A DNA stretch of 64,000 nt from an uncultured Bacilli bacterium (lineage in GTDB: Bacteria > Bacillota_I > Bacilli_A > RFN20 > CAG-826), in assembly GCA_944358985.1 (NCBI GenBank), contig CALVSI010000001.1:13846-77845 (forward strand), read 5' to 3'. The stretch's first letter is position 1. Each line of letters begins with the position of its first letter. Below the pieces are notes generated by a model that had not been told where the DNA came from, made no database searches, and was given only the letters and a program-made list of their open reading frames with translations. Made by a program: the position numbers and the translations under genes. Of the stretch, positions 10,230 to 18,358 are shown piece after piece.

Positions 10230-10810
10230 ACTTTTTTCACCTTTTTATTGCTTAAAGCAGTATTTATTATTCCAAATATTAATCCGATGATGATTAAAAT
10301 CAAAGATATCCAAGAAAAATCGCTTAGGAATATACTAAATAAAATCATTATTATTAGAGCAATAGGGAATGCTAAATAAAAATACAGCCCTCTTTCCATC
10401 TTTTTTGCTAATTTTATAACTGTTGTCAATAATAAAACCATGATTCCACATTTAATACCTGAAAAAGCTTTCATTACATATTCGTTTTTAATAAAATCAT
10501 CATAAAATAAAGAAATGATAAAAATGATTACAAAACTAGGTAATACTAATCCGATAGTAGCAAGTGATGAGCCAAGTATTCCTGCGACTTTATAGCCAAC
10601 GTAAGTAGCCACATTAACAGATATAGGGCCTGGTGTAGATTCGGCTATAACAACAACTTCAAAAAACTCGCTTTGTCTAATCCATTTTCTTTTTTCGACT
10701 ATTTCATTTTGAATTATTCCAATCATCGCGTATCCGCCACCAAAAGAAAAGGCACCTATTTTTAGGAAAACAATGAATAATTTTAAACAATTTAGTATTT
10801 TTTCCTTCAT
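10226..10810 (-). CDS. chromate transporter (CHR) family protein, short-chain half
   Basis: 194-aa membrane protein with FSFGGGYAMIG and ESTPGP motifs. The two-gene short-chain CHR arrangement resembles Bacillus ywrA/ywrB. Confidence 0.75.
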   Translation of the reverse strand: MKEKILNCLKLFIVFLKIGAFSFGGGYAMIGIIQNEIVEKRKWIRQSEFFEVVVIAESTPGPISVNVATYVGYKVAGILGSSLATIGLVLPSFVIIFIISLFYDDFIKNEYVMKAFSGIKCGIMVLLLTTVIKLAKKMERGLYFYLAFPIALIIMILFSIFLSDFSWISLILIIIGLIFGIINTALSNKKVKKV

Positions 10811-10904
10811 ACCGGTATATATTATATATTTGTTCTAAAAAAATATATAGAATTTATTTTGACTACTTGATATAATATCAAATCGATAAAAGAGGGTATG
10901 TGAA

Positions 10905-11363
10905 ATGCAAGAAAAAATTCAATTGACAAAAGAAGGATATGACAAATTAGAAGCTGAATTACGAGATTTAATTGAAAACCAACGCGAAGAATATAAACGC
11001 CAATTAGTGGAAGCACGTGCTCAAGGTGACTTGAGTGAAAATGCTGACTATGATGCTGCTAGAGCTAGACAAGCAGAAGTCGAAGGTCGTATTAACGAAA
11101 TTGAACATATAATAAATAATTGTGTAATTATTAACGAAAGTAAAAAACGTGGTAAAAAAATTGGACTTGGCTCAACTGTAACATTTAAAAGATTAGATAC
11201 TAATGAAAAATTTACCTACACAATCACAGGTACGACAGAAGCTAATCCATTTGAAAATAAAATATCAAATATTTGTCCTTTAGGCGAAGCTTTAATGGGT
11301 CAAGAAAAAGGCAATATAGTGACCGTTAAAGGTAAATACGAGTATCAGATTGAAATTTTATAA
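10905..11363 (+). CDS. greA: transcription elongation factor GreA
   Basis: 152 aa. N-terminal coiled-coil with ARAQGDLSENADYDAA signature. C-terminal FKBP-like domain with PLGEALMG. Confidence 0.9.
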   Translation: MQEKIQLTKEGYDKLEAELRDLIENQREEYKRQLVEARAQGDLSENADYDAARARQAEVEGRINEIEHIINNCVIINESKKRGKKIGLGSTVTFKRLDTNEKFTYTITGTTEANPFENKISNICPLGEALMGQEKGNIVTVKGKYEYQIEIL

Positions 11364-11388
11364 ATTTTATTAGAAATTTAATAAATTG

Positions 11389-11419
11389 CCTCCTATTAGT
11401 AAGTGATAGGAGGTTTTTT
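11389..11419 (+). terminator. intrinsic terminator after greA whose 3' arm is the comEA Shine-Dalgarno
   Basis: Perfect 8-bp stem CCTCCTAT / ATAGGAGG (11389-11396 / 11406-11413), a 9-nt loop, then T6 (11414-11419). The comEA ATG is at 11421. Confidence 0.6.
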
Positions 11420-11420
11420 A

Positions 11421-11960
11421 ATGGTAAAACTGTTGATTGGAGTCGTTATCGCGGCTTTTGTCGTCATTGTTGGATTTTTAGTTATTGACCCGAATATTCA
11501 AAGCGCTACTAATCCAAATGTTGTGCTCACCACTGATTCGAATTCAAAATATTCAATCACTATCGAAGGCGAAGTTGAAAAACCCGGTACATATGTTTTG
11601 CAAGATGGCACAACTATGGATCAATTAATATCCGCAGCGGGTGGTTTAACAAGCAATGCAGATCAAAGATGCTTTTTTTCAACGACAATTTTAGAACAAG
11701 GAAATACTTATTATGTTGCACCATTATATGATGAGAGTGATATTTGTAATACGCTAGAAATATCTAAAGTTAACATCAATACTGATAATGCTGACACATT
11801 AATGACAATTAATGGATTTACTTCATCTATTTCCAACGCAATCGTTTCGTATAGAAGCGAAAATGGTCAATTTGAAACTATTGAAGAACTAGAAGAAGTT
11901 TATGGCATAGGGCCTGCAACTTACCAAAAAGTTAGAAATTACGTCATATTGCATGAATGA
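11421..11960 (+). CDS. comEA: ComEA-family competence DNA receptor (helix-hairpin-helix)
   Basis: N-terminal TM helix, SLBB-like segment (GEVEKPGTYVL..GTT..QLI..AGG) and C-terminal HhH (FETIEELEEVYGIGPATYQKV). AGGAGG SD lies 7 nt upstream of ATG 11421. The ORF-track start at 11403 is less likely. Confidence 0.8.
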   Translation: MVKLLIGVVIAAFVVIVGFLVIDPNIQSATNPNVVLTTDSNSKYSITIEGEVEKPGTYVLQDGTTMDQLISAAGGLTSNADQRCFFSTTILEQGNTYYVAPLYDESDICNTLEISKVNINTDNADTLMTINGFTSSISNAIVSYRSENGQFETIEELEEVYGIGPATYQKVRNYVILHE

Positions 11961-13969
11961 TTATATTTATAATTTTTATAGCAGTATGGCTCGCGTTAAA
12001 TTTTGTTAAATTCCCAATTTTGATATCATTACTTGGAGTGGCTATATTTATTTATTTTTTGAAGAAAATAAAATTGAAAAAATCTTTAATTTTCTTTGGC
12101 TCATTTATTCTTATCTCAACATTATCTTTCTATATCAATAAGCCACTTCCAAGTATTGATGAAAATTTTGGAATCGTTATATTAAGCAAAGAAAATTATT
12201 TTATATATTGGAGCAAATTTACAAAATATTATGTTTATAATGAAAATAATCAATTGCAAATAGGCGATATTTTATCGTTAAATGGGAATATTCAAAATAA
12301 TAATTTTGCATTTTTGGAAAGTTCTTTAAATTTTAATGAATATCTTAAAAATAAAGGTGTTTTTTATCAAATCAATAATCCAAAATTTGAGATAATATTT
12401 TCTAATCCTATAAGATTGAACGAGATTAAAAATAATTTTTTAAGCGGATTTTCTACAGAAAATCGTAACTTTATTGATTCGTTATTTTTTGCAAACAGCC
12501 ATTATGATGATCAATTTATATCATTGCTTTCAAGTATGCATTTATATCGATTGATGTCGACATCTGGTTTAATAATATATTCCTTGTTGAACGGACTAAT
12601 TTATATTTTAAGTCTTAAAATAAATGAAAAATATGCAAAAATAGTTGCACTAATAATATTATCTTTTTATTTAATTTTTACCTTGTTTAAATTTTCTATT
12701 TTACGTCTTACGATATTATTTGTTCTACGTTGGATAAATCAATATATTTTAAAAAATAAATTTTCTTACATTACGATATTATCATTTTCCGGATTGCTGT
12801 TTTTGTTGTTTAATCCATTTTTAGCTTATCAAGATGGCTTTACACTAGGTTATTTAATGTCGTTATTAATTTATTTCACTAGAAATTCTTTTTCATTTTT
12901 AAAATCTTTTAAGAAAAAAATATTATTAACTATTGTTATATTCTTATTTTTTATTCCTTTTGAAAGTCAATACTATCATGAAATATCTTTGTTTTCTTTT
13001 GTTATAACCCCATTGTTAACGCCGCTAATTATATTGATAAGTTCGTTTTGTTTGATATCTTTTTATGGCATTAGATTAACAAATATAATTGAAAATCTTA
13101 CTAATTTTCTAAAAACCATTGTTAATTTTATAAACCCATTAATGATAAATATTCATTGTCCTGAAATGAACATATATTTATCGATAATTTTCGAAGGTAT
13201 TTTAATATTATTGCTTTATATTTTTTCAATACGTTTTAAACCATTTTACAAATTGTCTTTTATATATTTAACCTTATTAGTGCTTTATTTTATTCCATTA
13301 AACAATTTTATTTACGACGAGATTAGTTTTATAAATGTCGGGCAAGGCGACTCCACGTATATTAGATACAATAATCAGCATATCTTAATTGATACAGGTG
13401 GTAGTCTATATAATGACATTGCTAAGGAATGTTTAATACCATTTTTTAAAAAAAGAAGAATATATCATCTTGATTATGTAATAACTACTCATAATGATTT
13501 TGATCATGTAGGAGCGCTAGATTCTTTAATTAATAATTTTAAGATCGAAAATTATATAAATTCTGATGAAAATTTTCCATTACAAATTAATGATTTAACC
13601 ATATACAACCTAAACAGCAAAATTTCCTCGCAAGATGATGAAAATGATCGTTCGCTTGTCTTGTATTTTTCATTAAACGAAACAAAAATTATGTTAATGG
13701 GGGATGCATCAACAAAAATAGAAAATAACATCATGAACGAATATTCAAATTTGTCATGTGACATTTTAAAAATAGGTCATCACGGTTCTAAAACATCCAC
13801 TTCAGAAGATTTTATTTCTTTTTTAAATCCAAAAAAAGCAATAATTTCATGTGGTCTAAACAATTATTATGGTCATCCAGACCCATACGTTATTAGTGTT
13901 TTAAAACGATATAATGTCGCTATATTAAGAACAGATTTGATGAACACGATTTCTTTTTATTTTTCCTAA
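11957..13969 (+). CDS. comEC: ComEC/Rec2 DNA internalisation channel with C-terminal metallo-beta-lactamase domain
   Basis: 670-aa polytopic membrane protein. N-terminal OB-like segment, competence membrane domain, and MBL domain (VGQGDS, THNDFDH, GHHGSKTS). Overlaps the comEA stop by 4 nt. Confidence 0.85.
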   Translation: MIIFIIFIAVWLALNFVKFPILISLLGVAIFIYFLKKIKLKKSLIFFGSFILISTLSFYINKPLPSIDENFGIVILSKENYFIYWSKFTKYYVYNENNQLQIGDILSLNGNIQNNNFAFLESSLNFNEYLKNKGVFYQINNPKFEIIFSNPIRLNEIKNNFLSGFSTENRNFIDSLFFANSHYDDQFISLLSSMHLYRLMSTSGLIIYSLLNGLIYILSLKINEKYAKIVALIILSFYLIFTLFKFSILRLTILFVLRWINQYILKNKFSYITILSFSGLLFLLFNPFLAYQDGFTLGYLMSLLIYFTRNSFSFLKSFKKKILLTIVIFLFFIPFESQYYHEISLFSFVITPLLTPLIILISSFCLISFYGIRLTNIIENLTNFLKTIVNFINPLMINIHCPEMNIYLSIIFEGILILLLYIFSIRFKPFYKLSFIYLTLLVLYFIPLNNFIYDEISFINVGQGDSTYIRYNNQHILIDTGGSLYNDIAKECLIPFFKKRRIYHLDYVITTHNDFDHVGALDSLINNFKIENYINSDENFPLQINDLTIYNLNSKISSQDDENDRSLVLYFSLNETKIMLMGDASTKIENNIMNEYSNLSCDILKIGHHGSKTSTSEDFISFLNPKKAIISCGLNNYYGHPDPYVISVLKRYNVAILRTDLMNTISFYFS

Positions 13970-13977
13970 AATATATA

Positions 13978-14006
13978 TTTACATATATATCTATAATAGA
14001 TATAAT
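13978..14006 (+). promoter_or_regulatory. candidate sigma-A promoter for the rex-adhE array
   Basis: TTTACA (13978-13983), 17-nt spacer, TATAAT (14001-14006). It lies 40 nt upstream of the rex ATG. In such AT-rich DNA this is only a candidate. Confidence 0.4.
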
Positions 14007-14045
14007 AATATCGATAAAAAAACATCGATTTGGAAAGGAGGGTAA

Positions 14046-14696
14046 ATGGAGTCAAAAAAAATCATATCATATTCGCTTAATACAATACAAAGAATGCCTG
14101 CGTATTTAAGAGTTTTAAATCAATTAAAAGATGAAAACATCGAGTATGTTTCTTCCAACAAAATTGGCGAATTGTTAAATTTAAAGCCAATTTTGGTAAA
14201 AAAAGATTTGGGCTTGGTGACATCACAACAAGGTAAACCACGACTAGGTTTTAAAATTTCAATTTTAATTAGCGACATCGAGACATTTTTAGGTTATGAT
14301 AATAGTAAAGATGCTCTTATTATTGGTGTCGGTCATTTAGGAAGAGCGTTATTAAGCTATCCAGGATTTAAAAATTATGGTGTTAATATTTGTCTTGGAT
14401 TTGATATTGATAATCAAATAATAGGTAAAACAATAGATGGTGTAACAATTATGCCAATGTCTAAATTAGAAGACTTGACTAATCGATTGCATATTCATAT
14501 TGCTATTATTTGCGTGCCAAAGGAATTTGCTCAAGAAATAGTTGATCGTTTAGCGACGACATGTATCCGTGCAATTTGGAATTGGGCACCGATTGACTTA
14601 AATGTTCCCAGTTATATTGCTGTGAAAAACGAAGACATTGCGACTTCATTAGCCGTTTTGACCAATAAGATGAAAGAAATCATGAAAAGGAAATGA
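14046..14696 (+). CDS. rex: redox-sensing transcriptional repressor Rex
   Basis: 216 aa. N-terminal wHTH (RMPAYLRVL) and Rossmann NADH-binding GVGHLGRAL. GGAGG SD upstream. Confidence 0.85.
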   Translation: MESKKIISYSLNTIQRMPAYLRVLNQLKDENIEYVSSNKIGELLNLKPILVKKDLGLVTSQQGKPRLGFKISILISDIETFLGYDNSKDALIIGVGHLGRALLSYPGFKNYGVNICLGFDIDNQIIGKTIDGVTIMPMSKLEDLTNRLHIHIAIICVPKEFAQEIVDRLATTCIRAIWNWAPIDLNVPSYIAVKNEDIATSLAVLTNKMKEIMKRK

Positions 14697-14700
14697 GAAG

Positions 14701-17313
14701 ATGGAAGAAAGAAAATTAATCGACAGTGTTGAAGCATTAGAAGAAGAAATTAAAAATGTAAGAGCTGCACAGGCAAAATTTTCAACCTATACGCAAGAGC
14801 AAGTTGATGCTATATTTTTTGCCGCTGCAAAGGCCGCTAATCAAGCTAGAATTCCATTAGCAAAATTAGCCGTTGAAGAAACTGGTATGGGTGTTGTGGA
14901 AGATAAAGTTATCAAAAACCATTTTGCCAGTGAATATATCTATAATGCTTATCGTCATAGCCAAACAGTTGGCGTTTTTGAAGAAGACAAAGAATATGGT
15001 ATTAAAAAACTTTACGAACCAATTGGTGTTATAGCGGCTGTTATTCCAACAACCAATCCAACATCAACCGCAATTTTTAAGACACTTATTTCTTTAAAAA
15101 CAAGAAATGGTATTATTATATCCCCACACCCAAGAGCTAAAAAATCTACAATAGCCGCTGCTAAAATAGTTTTAGATGCCGCTGTTAAAGCTGGTGCACC
15201 TGAAAATATTATTTCTTGGATTGACGTTCCAAGTCTTGATATGACCACTCTTTTAATGAAAGAGGCTGATATAATTTTAGCAACTGGCGGTCCTGGTATG
15301 GTTCACGCTGCTTATAGTAGCGGAAAACCTGCTTTAGGAGTTGGTGCAGGTAACACACCTGCTATTATCGATAGCAGTGCTGATATAATTTTAGCGGTTA
15401 ACTCGATTATTCATTCAAAAACATTTGATAATGGCATGATTTGTGCAAGTGAACAATCTTGTATTGTTTTAGATGATGTCTATGATAAAGTTAAAAATGA
15501 ATTTATCAAGCGTGGATGTTATTTCTTAAATCCTGAAGAAACTGAAAAAGTTAGAAAAACTATTATAATAAATGGTGCTTTAAATGCAAAAATTGTCGGA
15601 CAAAAAGCCCACACAATAGCAAAACTTGCAAATGTTGATGTTCCTGAATCAACAAAAATTTTAATAGGTGAAGTGAGTTCTGTTGATATTAGCGAAGAAT
15701 TTGCTCATGAAAAATTATCACCAGTTTTAGCGATGTATCATGCAAAAGATTTTAATGAAGCTATTGATAAAGCAAGCCATTTAGTTGCTGATGGCGGTTA
15801 TGGTCATACATCTTCCTTATATATTAACGTAGTTGCAGGTCAAGATAAAATTGCTATTTTCCAAGAAGCGATGAAAACTTGCCGTATTTTAATTAACACT
15901 CCATCTAGCCAAGGTGGTATTGGTGATTTATATAATTTTAAATTAACACCATCACTGACATTAGGATGCGGTTCTTGGGGTGGAAACTCAGTAAGTGAAA
16001 ATGTCGGTATAAAACATTTATTAAATATTAAAACTGTTGCTGAAAGGAGAAATAACATGTTGTGGTTTAGAACACCAAGCAAAGTTTATATTAAAAAAGG
16101 ATGTTTGCCAGTTGCTTTAAAAGAATTAAAAGATGTATACAACAAGAAAAAAGCTTTTATTGTGACCGATACATTCTTATATAAAAACGGATATACAAAA
16201 ACAATTGAAAATAGCCTAAATGAAATGGGAATCGAGCATCAAACATTTTTCGATGTCGCACCAGATCCAACTTTAAAATGTGCAAAAGAAGGAGCAAAAC
16301 TAATTGATGCTTTTGAACCAGATGTTATCATTGCTGTTGGCGGTGGTAGTGCAATGGATGCTGGTAAAATCATGTGGGTATTATATGAGCATCCAGAAGT
16401 AGATTTCCAAGATATGGCTATGCGTTTTAGTGATATTCGTAAAAGAGTTTATCAATTCCCAAAAATGGGTGAGAAAGCTTTATTTATTGCCGTTCCGACT
16501 AGTGCAGGTACTGGTAGTGAAGTTACACCATTTGCCGTCATCACTGACGAGACAACCGGAACAAAATATCCGTTAGCGGATTATGAATTATTGCCAAATA
16601 TGGCGATAGTTGACGCTGATTTGATGATGAATGCTCCAAAAGGCTTAACTAGTGCAAGTGGTATTGATGCTGTCAGCCACAACTTAGAAGCCTTAGTTTC
16701 AACTATGGCAACTGATTATACTGATAGTATTGCTCTTCAATCATTGAAAATGATTTTTGAATATTTACCTCGTGCATACAATGATGGTCCAAATGACATT
16801 GAAGCTCGTGAAAAAATGGCCAATGCTGCTACTATGGCAGGTATGGCATTTGCAAACGCTTTCTTAGGTGTTTGTCACTCAATGGCTCATAAATTAGGTG
16901 CTTTCCATCATATCGCCCATGGTGTTGCAAATGCGCTAATGTTAGAAGAAGTTATTCGTTTTAATAGTGTGGATGTTCCAACTAAAATGGGCACCTTCCC
17001 ACAATATGATCATCCTTTTGCGAAACATAAATACGCTATGGCAGCGGATGCTTTAGGTTTGAAAGGTAAAAACGATGATGAAAAGGTTGAATCATTAATT
17101 AAAGCTGTGCACGAATTAAAAGAAAAAATCGGAATTAAACCAACGATTAAAGATTATGGCATTGATGAGAAAAATTTCCTTGATCGACTCGATGATATGG
17201 TTGAACAAGCTTTCGATGATCAATGTACAGGTGCTAATCCTCGTTATCCATTGATGAGCGAAATTAAAGAAATGTATTTAAATGCCTATTATGGAAAGAA
17301 AGCAGGTAAGTAA
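14701..17313 (+). CDS. adhE: bifunctional acetaldehyde-CoA / alcohol dehydrogenase
   Basis: 870 aa. N-terminal ALDH domain (catalytic ..MICASEQS..), a linker, and a C-terminal iron-ADH domain (GGGSAMDAGK and the CHSMAHKLG..HHIAHG metal motif). Confidence 0.95.
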   Translation: MEERKLIDSVEALEEEIKNVRAAQAKFSTYTQEQVDAIFFAAAKAANQARIPLAKLAVEETGMGVVEDKVIKNHFASEYIYNAYRHSQTVGVFEEDKEYGIKKLYEPIGVIAAVIPTTNPTSTAIFKTLISLKTRNGIIISPHPRAKKSTIAAAKIVLDAAVKAGAPENIISWIDVPSLDMTTLLMKEADIILATGGPGMVHAAYSSGKPALGVGAGNTPAIIDSSADIILAVNSIIHSKTFDNGMICASEQSCIVLDDVYDKVKNEFIKRGCYFLNPEETEKVRKTIIINGALNAKIVGQKAHTIAKLANVDVPESTKILIGEVSSVDISEEFAHEKLSPVLAMYHAKDFNEAIDKASHLVADGGYGHTSSLYINVVAGQDKIAIFQEAMKTCRILINTPSSQGGIGDLYNFKLTPSLTLGCGSWGGNSVSENVGIKHLLNIKTVAERRNNMLWFRTPSKVYIKKGCLPVALKELKDVYNKKKAFIVTDTFLYKNGYTKTIENSLNEMGIEHQTFFDVAPDPTLKCAKEGAKLIDAFEPDVIIAVGGGSAMDAGKIMWVLYEHPEVDFQDMAMRFSDIRKRVYQFPKMGEKALFIAVPTSAGTGSEVTPFAVITDETTGTKYPLADYELLPNMAIVDADLMMNAPKGLTSASGIDAVSHNLEALVSTMATDYTDSIALQSLKMIFEYLPRAYNDGPNDIEAREKMANAATMAGMAFANAFLGVCHSMAHKLGAFHHIAHGVANALMLEEVIRFNSVDVPTKMGTFPQYDHPFAKHKYAMAADALGLKGKNDDEKVESLIKAVHELKEKIGIKPTIKDYGIDEKNFLDRLDDMVEQAFDDQCTGANPRYPLMSEIKEMYLNAYYGKKAGK

Positions 17314-17315
17314 AG

Positions 17316-18071
17316 ATGGAACAAAAAAGAATTGTTGCGGTTCGTACTGGGAAGACAATTTATCGCGATGGTGATAAATTGTACAAAGTTTTTGAAGAAA
17401 AGTATAAAAAAAGCGACATTTTAAATGAAGCTTTAAATCACGCTCGCATTGAGGAAAGCGGTTTAACTGTTCCTATTTTATATGAAGTAGGAACAATTGA
17501 TGGAAAATGGTCTTTAGTCTATCAATATATTAAGGGAAAGACATTAGAACAATTGATGGATAAAAATCCTGAAAAGATTGATGAATATTTAGATTTATTT
17601 GTTAATATTCAAATGGAAATTCATTCAAAATCCATTCCACATCTAAATAAAATCAAAGATAAAGTCAAAGATCGTATTAGCATATGCTCTGATTTAGATG
17701 CAACAACAAGATATGAACTTCATACACGTTTAGCTTCTATGCCCACACATGATCATGTCATACATGGCGACTTTAATCCTTCTAATGTAATTATTAGTGA
17801 TGAAGATAAAAAGATTTACGTTATTGACTGGTCACACGCTAGTCAAGGAAATTCTTCTTATGATGCTGCTATGACTTATCTTTTATTCCAATTAAGTGGT
17901 AATTTATCATTAGCAGATAAATATCTTGAAGTATATTGCAAAAAAACAAATACGCCATTAAATTATGTTCAAACTTGGATACCATTAGTGGCTGCAGCAC
18001 GTTTAGCAACTTGCAAAAAAGAAGAAGTTGAATTTTTAAAACATGCATTAAATATTTATGATCATGAATAA
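17316..18071 (+). CDS. APH/choline-kinase-fold phosphotransferase (small-molecule or protein kinase, substrate unknown)
   Basis: 251 aa. Catalytic-loop motif HGDFNPSNVII (HxDxxxxN) and metal-binding IDWSHA (the DFG equivalent). N-lobe Lys candidate in KLYKVF. Confidence 0.7.
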   Translation: MEQKRIVAVRTGKTIYRDGDKLYKVFEEKYKKSDILNEALNHARIEESGLTVPILYEVGTIDGKWSLVYQYIKGKTLEQLMDKNPEKIDEYLDLFVNIQMEIHSKSIPHLNKIKDKVKDRISICSDLDATTRYELHTRLASMPTHDHVIHGDFNPSNVIISDEDKKIYVIDWSHASQGNSSYDAAMTYLLFQLSGNLSLADKYLEVYCKKTNTPLNYVQTWIPLVAAARLATCKKEEVEFLKHALNIYDHE

Positions 18072-18083
18072 GGGAGAAAAATT

Positions 18084-18332
18084 ATGGTAAAAGTAACAGT
18101 TTGCATTGGCAGTTCTTGTCATTTGAAAGGTTCAAGACAAGTAGTCGAAGAATTACAATATTTAATAAAAGAAAATAATGTTGGCGATGATGTCAATTTA
18201 AGTGGTGCATTTTGTATGGGCCGTTGCCAAGAAAATGGTGTTAATGTCACAGTTGATGGTCAACATTTTTCTATAACTCCTGATGAAGTCAAAGACTTCT
18301 TTAAAAAGGAAGTATTGTCAAAAATTAAATAA
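18084..18332 (+). CDS. thioredoxin-like [2Fe-2S] ferredoxin (NuoE/HndA-like; hfsA-like position)
   Basis: 82 aa with Cys pattern C7-x4-C12...C44-x3-C48 (CIGSSCH ... CMGRC), typical of thioredoxin-like 2Fe-2S proteins. Confidence 0.65.
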   Translation: MVKVTVCIGSSCHLKGSRQVVEELQYLIKENNVGDDVNLSGAFCMGRCQENGVNVTVDGQHFSITPDEVKDFFKKEVLSKIK

Positions 18333-18358
18333 TTAAAATTACTGATACGGATAAGCAT

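Noticed and set aside
9660-10810. I considered whether the chrA pair, or the inserts at 24997-27345, 29247-30961 and 36941-40288, form a mobile or defence island.
   Set aside because: There is no integrase, transposase, recombinase, flanking direct repeat, tRNA target or toxin-like partner in or near any of them. Each is a one- or two-gene insertion in backbone operons, so an island or defence-system call is unsupported.
10822-11016. 64-aa minus-strand ORF spanning the chrA-greA intergenic region and the greA start.
   Set aside because: It overlaps the confidently identified greA N-terminus. It is hydrophobic and low-complexity, with no SD and no family resemblance.
13970-14045. I searched for a Rex operator (TTGTGAA-N4-TTCACAA or TTGTTAA-N4-TTAACAA type) upstream of rex/adhE. 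I noticed two ATCGAT palindromes 8 nt apart (14010-14015 and 14024-14029) between the -10 and the SD.
   Set aside because: No Rex-box-like sequence was found by eye here or at the internal junctions. The ATCGAT pair matches no operator I know and is too short to call. A proper position-weight-matrix scan is needed before concluding that Rex sites are absent.
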